Positions 63,310 through 64,000 of a DNA stretch of 64,000 nt are shown here, one piece after another. The position numbers and the translations under genes are program-made. Under the pieces are notes generated by a model. It saw only the letters and a program-made list of their open reading frames with translations. It was not told where the DNA came from and did not search any database. The stretch spans positions 1-64,000 of the forward strand of contig NEEC01000007.1 in the NCBI GenBank assembly GCA_002189035.1, in the 5' to 3' direction. Numbering within the stretch: the first letter of the stretch is position 1; every line of letters begins with the position of its first letter. Source of the stretch: Utricularia gibba. Its lineage: Eukaryota > Plantae > Magnoliophyta.

Positions 63310-64000
63310 CTTTGGTTGGTGCTCCTCCGGACCGACTGTAGATTCCGGCCGTTGGCTCACTCACCACGGCAAAGTTGGGAAATACGAAGGGCGAGAAGAA
63401 CTGGGGCTGAGGCTTGTTAGCCGTAGTGGGCCAGAGGCTAGATATGAAGACTTTGGGCGTCTCCCATTAGCAGCCCATCCCAAGTCCTATTCCCAGTAGA
63501 ACGTCAAATCCATTTATAGAGGAGGAATAGAAACCCAATGATGTCCATGAGAGGATTTTCAGGTGCAACAGCCAACAGGTATTTCTCATTTTCCTCTCTT
63601 TTTCTCCATTTATTGTCAATTATATTTTCACCAACAACAAAACGAAAAAGAAGAGCATAACTGGGGCTCCCTCGCCACGTATAACTGTGGCCCACCAGAT
63701 GTAAAGTTGCAATGGGGACGTGGGAGGCATGATTCGCGAATATCCATTGACCCACGCCGAAATGACCGAACCACCCCTCCGAGTACAGCCCATCCAATTT
63801 GTGAGAAATGACTATTGTGCCCCTACAACTCCCAGGCGTCTTCTGAAATCCACAGATGCGTACCCAGTTGAATCGTGGGTACATTTTTCCCAGGTCTCCT
63901 TGCAATCCAACAACGAATGAGCGCATTCATCTCCTCTTCCAGTGCTGATTTTCCCTTTCACACATGAAATAATGAAAATTCACTATGGAGTACTAACACG

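Noticed and set aside
63504-63926. ORFs upstream of COG7 on both strands
   Set aside because: No recognisable homology; probably promoter or the flank of the next gene beyond the window.
1-64000. tRNA, rRNA, snRNA, telomerase RNA, conserved miRNA, CRISPR array or organellar insertion
   Set aside because: By eye I found no T-loop GGTTCRANTCC in a cloverleaf context, no USE plus correctly spaced TATA, no match to the common conserved miRNAs I recall, and no spacer-repeat array. An Infernal/Rfam scan would be needed to exclude them formally.

Overview
This is the left end of a plant (eudicot-type) nuclear chromosome. It opens with an Arabidopsis-type telomere, (CCCTAAA)n at 1..~530 and degenerate on its inner side. 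A very compact, intron-containing gene array follows almost immediately, with no transposon I could identify. I can support 22 protein-coding genes and one clear pseudogene, about one locus per 2.8 kb. In order: BMF3/MAD3.2, an MDIS/MRH1-family LRR pseudokinase, CHX, PMEI-PME, PSAG, alpha-expansin, an uncharacterised probable plastid protein, mTERF4, a CRR9-like gene, EDR4-like, GNAT3, RAF2, a RABD2 pseudogene, SNX2, WRAP73, LLPH, a TMKL1-like pseudokinase, a USP-kinase-U-box protein, CERK, STP/HEX6, DYAD/SWI1 family, SMC2 and COG7. This density suggests a miniaturised genome such as Lentibulariaceae, but that is inference only. The main unexplained pattern is about 16 frameshifts in 10 otherwise well-conserved genes. 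Each is repaired by adding one base, nearly always in a short homopolymer, and they cluster at 15-29 kb and 44-52 kb. Long-read consensus error is the most likely cause, but the shifts hide whole genes (CRR9-like) and termini from the ORF track. Other notable features are an intron-retaining RABD2 pseudogene that has lost its switch-region exons, and a 94-bp tandem duplication of the SMC2 start region whose upstream copy has become a tiny uORF. I found no convincing evidence for a wholly new multi-gene system. Family assignments are from remembered protein motifs, not database searches.
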